In this document: piece after piece, positions 61,487 through 64,000 of the stretch
Numbering within the stretch: position 1 is the stretch's first letter
How the letters are laid out: each line of letters opens with the position of its first letter
Assembly: GCA_045578525.1 (NCBI GenBank)
Contig: JAZNKL010000006.1
Span: 3,419-67,418 of the forward strand
DNA length: 64,000 nucleotides
From: Candidatus Nanosyncoccus sp.
GTDB taxonomy: Bacteria > Patescibacteriota > Saccharimonadia > Saccharimonadales > Saccharimonadaceae
Direction of reading: 5' to 3'
Notes under the pieces: model-generated
What the model saw: the letters and a program-made list of their open reading frames with translations, nothing else
The model's database searches: none
Told to the model about the DNA's origin: nothing
Translations under genes and position numbers: made by a program

Positions 61487-62434
61487 TTAAAACTCCTTTA
61501 GAAAATCAAGTTTGCCAGATTCGAAATAGCGAACGTCGGTAAGACCATATTTTAGCATCACTAAACGGTCAATACCACCACCCCAAGCGAAGCCTTTATA
61601 CTTGACTGGGTCAATGCCAGCCATTTTTAGAACGTTCGGATGGATCATACCGCAACCAAGCATTTCTAGCCAACCATCACCTTTGCCACCAAGAGATTTT
61701 GGTTTTTCAATTAAGAGCTCAATTGATGGCTCGGTGAATGGAAAATATCCTGGTTGAGTTTTAATATTCAAGTTTTGACCATAGTATGCCTCGAAAAAAT
61801 TCTTAAGAACGCCAAGCATCTGGCCAAAAGTAGTTCCCTCACTAACGAAAACACCCTCACACTGGTAAAAAGTATGCTCGTGCGTTGCGTCAACGTCTTC
61901 ATTTCTAAATACGCGCCCTGGAATGACTACGGCAATTTTGCCACCGTTTTCCAAATCCTTCTTGTAACGCTTCAAAGCACGGTGTTGCATAGTGGAAGTG
62001 TGTGCTGGCGGAATATAGCCTTCGGCCGTGCGAAAGGTATCATAACCATCACGAGCTGGATGCCCTTCTGGGAAATTTAACGATTCAAACATGTGGAATT
62101 CGTCATCAAGCTGTTGAGCTTCCATAACGTTAAAGCCCATATGCGAATAAATATCAATAACGCGCTCAAGTTCAGTCATAAGTGGATGACGACTTCCCTT
62201 TTTGATAATTGGAATTTCCGAATTATCGGCAGTCGGAGCAGTAATATCAATCGGCGAAACATTCCCAGATTCTTCCGCATCCATAGCTGCTTCAAGTTCT
62301 TTTTGTAAAGCTTCGCGTTTTTTATTTAGCTCGATACCAAAAGCTTTGCGCTCTTCTGGTGCAATGGTTTTGATTTTAGCATACTCAGCATTTAAAGCTT
62401 TAAGTTCTCTCTTAATTTCTTCAATTTTTGACAT
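61487..62434 (-). CDS. pheS: Phenylalanyl-tRNA synthetase alpha subunit
   Basis: HPAR, HTSTMQ, GRVFRN, FYQCEG, YFPFTEPS, GFAWGGGIDRL. Confidence 0.96.
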   Translation of the reverse strand: MSKIEEIKRELKALNAEYAKIKTIAPEERKAFGIELNKKREALQKELEAAMDAEESGNVSPIDITAPTADNSEIPIIKKGSRHPLMTELERVIDIYSHMGFNVMEAQQLDDEFHMFESLNFPEGHPARDGYDTFRTAEGYIPPAHTSTMQHRALKRYKKDLENGGKIAVVIPGRVFRNEDVDATHEHTFYQCEGVFVSEGTTFGQMLGVLKNFFEAYYGQNLNIKTQPGYFPFTEPSIELLIEKPKSLGGKGDGWLEMLGCGMIHPNVLKMAGIDPVKYKGFAWGGGIDRLVMLKYGLTDVRYFESGKLDFLKEF

Positions 62435-62488
62435 ATATATATTATAGCACAAAAACTGGGGCTAAAATAGCTACTTTAGTTACTCCAG

Positions 62489-62716
62489 CTAAATCAAAAC
62501 CATCACAACTATCGAGATAATTGCAAGCACGACTAGAACAATCCAGACCCAAGCATAGTTGCTGCTCTTTTTGAGATCTTTTGCGTAATCAGAATCTTCT
62601 ACTAAATCTGGATCGGAGCCCCTCATCTCTTTTTGCGCACGCTCGCGAAGATCAGCGGTAATACGCTGATTCAAACGTGAATTTTCGTCGTTATTTTTAG
62701 AAACTATTATTCCCAT
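62489..62716 (-). CDS. Small C-terminally anchored membrane protein
   Basis: AGAAAGG SD; single C-terminal TM. Confidence 0.7.
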   Translation of the reverse strand: MGIIVSKNNDENSRLNQRITADLRERAQKEMRGSDPDLVEDSDYAKDLKKSSNYAWVWIVLVVLAIISIVVMVLI

Positions 62717-62865
62717 ATTGTCCTTTCTATTCTACACTTACGATAATAAACAGTCCGTTCCACTAATAGACAATTTAAAAACTTAAGTACTTTACTATTA
62801 TATTTAATTAACAAAGATTTGACAAGTGTGATATAATAGAAACATATACCAATTAAGGAGGAATA

Positions 62866-63771
62866 ATGGCTACAACAAAGTCAAAGAAGACCACAAAGTC
62901 TTCAAAGTCTAGAGCCACTGTCGCAAAAACCAAAAAAGCTGCAGTCGTTCAGGCTCCGGTAGTCGAAAAATGCGAAAGTCCACTTAAAGGTTTCTTCGCA
63001 AAGAAATTCGACGCCAACGAAAATATATTAACAATCTTTAAAAGCCCACGCATTTACGGTGCAATTTTAGGTGAAGTAATTGGCACAATGCTTCTTACTT
63101 TGATTTTACTCACCTTGGGTATTTATCAGCCACTTTACATCATGTTTGGTGTAATCGCAATCACTATGGCTGTGTTTGCTCTATCTGGTGCAAATTTGAA
63201 CCCAATCATCACCGTTGGCATGATGGCATCTCGCCGCATGTCTGCAATTCGTGGTGTAGTTTACTTGCTCTCTCAGGTGCTCGGCGCATGGTTAGCATTC
63301 TTGCTTGCTAATGCATTTCGCACCGCTGCAGAAGAACCAAGCAACTTCCCACAAATGGCAGAAGTTGCCGATGGTCAATTCTGGCTAGTAACTATGATTG
63401 AATTTGTAGGCGCAATCATGCTTGCATTCTTCTTTGCACGCGCACTCGCTTACAAGCGTAGCACTTTCACTTTCGCTGCTATCTTTGGCGGTGGTGTTTG
63501 TGTAACGCTTCTATTCATCATCGTTGTTTCTTCAACTTATCTAAGCCTACAGAATAACTTCATCTTGAACCCTGCTGCTGCTTTGATGTATCAAATCTTG
63601 CCAGCTGGTGGCGAAAACTTTGGTGAGGTATTCGGTGCAATTTGCTCTGCACTTCTAACCTATGTCATCTTCCCAATGATCGGTGGCGTACTTGGTTTCT
63701 ATCTTGCAGACTTTGCAGGTCGTCTTTCCGGCGAACACTGCTGTGGCAAAGATTGCCCTTGCAAGAAATAG
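62866..63771 (+). CDS. Aquaporin/MIP family channel
   Basis: GEVIGT, SGANLNPII, EFVGA, ILNPAAA; six TMs. Confidence 0.88.
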   Translation: MATTKSKKTTKSSKSRATVAKTKKAAVVQAPVVEKCESPLKGFFAKKFDANENILTIFKSPRIYGAILGEVIGTMLLTLILLTLGIYQPLYIMFGVIAITMAVFALSGANLNPIITVGMMASRRMSAIRGVVYLLSQVLGAWLAFLLANAFRTAAEEPSNFPQMAEVADGQFWLVTMIEFVGAIMLAFFFARALAYKRSTFTFAAIFGGGVCVTLLFIIVVSSTYLSLQNNFILNPAAALMYQILPAGGENFGEVFGAICSALLTYVIFPMIGGVLGFYLADFAGRLSGEHCCGKDCPCKK

Positions 63772-63820
63772 CATAATTTAAAAATCGGACCTTATAGGTC
63801 CGATTTTTTGATGCCTTATG

Positions 63821-64000
63821 CTAGTTCTTTGGGAAAAGTGGAGTTTCTGGCGGAAGAATTTTTTCTGCTTTAAAAATACTAATGATCTTTTCGCTGGTTT
63901 CTGGTAAGAACGGAGCAAGTTGATAAGCTGCCGAGAGAAGCTTAGCAGATAAACTTAGTAGTGTTTCTTTTAATTCACTAGAGAGTTTTACGGCTTCGTC
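63821..64000 (-). CDS. metG: C-terminus of a class I aminoacyl-tRNA synthetase, probably methionyl-tRNA synthetase (partial)
   Basis: ..AAYQLAPFLPETSEKIISIF..PLFPKN*. Confidence 0.65.
   Translation of the reverse strand, partial: DEAVKLSSELKETLLSLSAKLLSAAYQLAPFLPETSEKIISIFKAEKILPPETPLFPKN

Overview
A 64 kb window of a streamlined genome read with code 11 (TGA is a stop), most likely Candidatus Saccharibacteria/TM7 (Patescibacteria). The taxon is inferred from gene content: AlaRS without C-Ala, short PheS, class I aldolase, SbcB, FISUMP and DUF916 surface proteins. Most of it is housekeeping (pepN, alaS, mnmA, iscS, tatD, typA, secG, uvrC, eno, ligA, htpX/lemA, hisS, rarA, rpmA, rplY, infB, rpsA, uvrA, sbcB, pheST, partial metG) plus 8 tRNAs. 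The main candidate system is a WxL/Csc-like surface-fibre toolkit: two small YxL-variant subunits with duplicated promoters, two DUF916-like anchors and a VPDTG-tailed protein. Large putative adhesins share the subunit domain. One adhesin ends in a FISUMP (C-type-lectin-like) tip whose last 60 codons look like a diversity-generating-retroelement variable region and is preceded by a switch-like leader. A probable paralogue is frameshifted OFF by a G10 tract. No RT, TR or integrase was seen in the window. Other signals: GC-rich palindromic elements inserted in-frame in mnmA, pheT and tatD; a repeat-delimited cassette array behind tRNA-Phe; an HNH operon behind a duplicated tRNA-Gly end; promoter-hairpin-U-tract tiny-RNA modules and an orphan sRNA; and pervasive leaderless-type promoters. 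All family assignments are from motif recognition by eye, not database searches.
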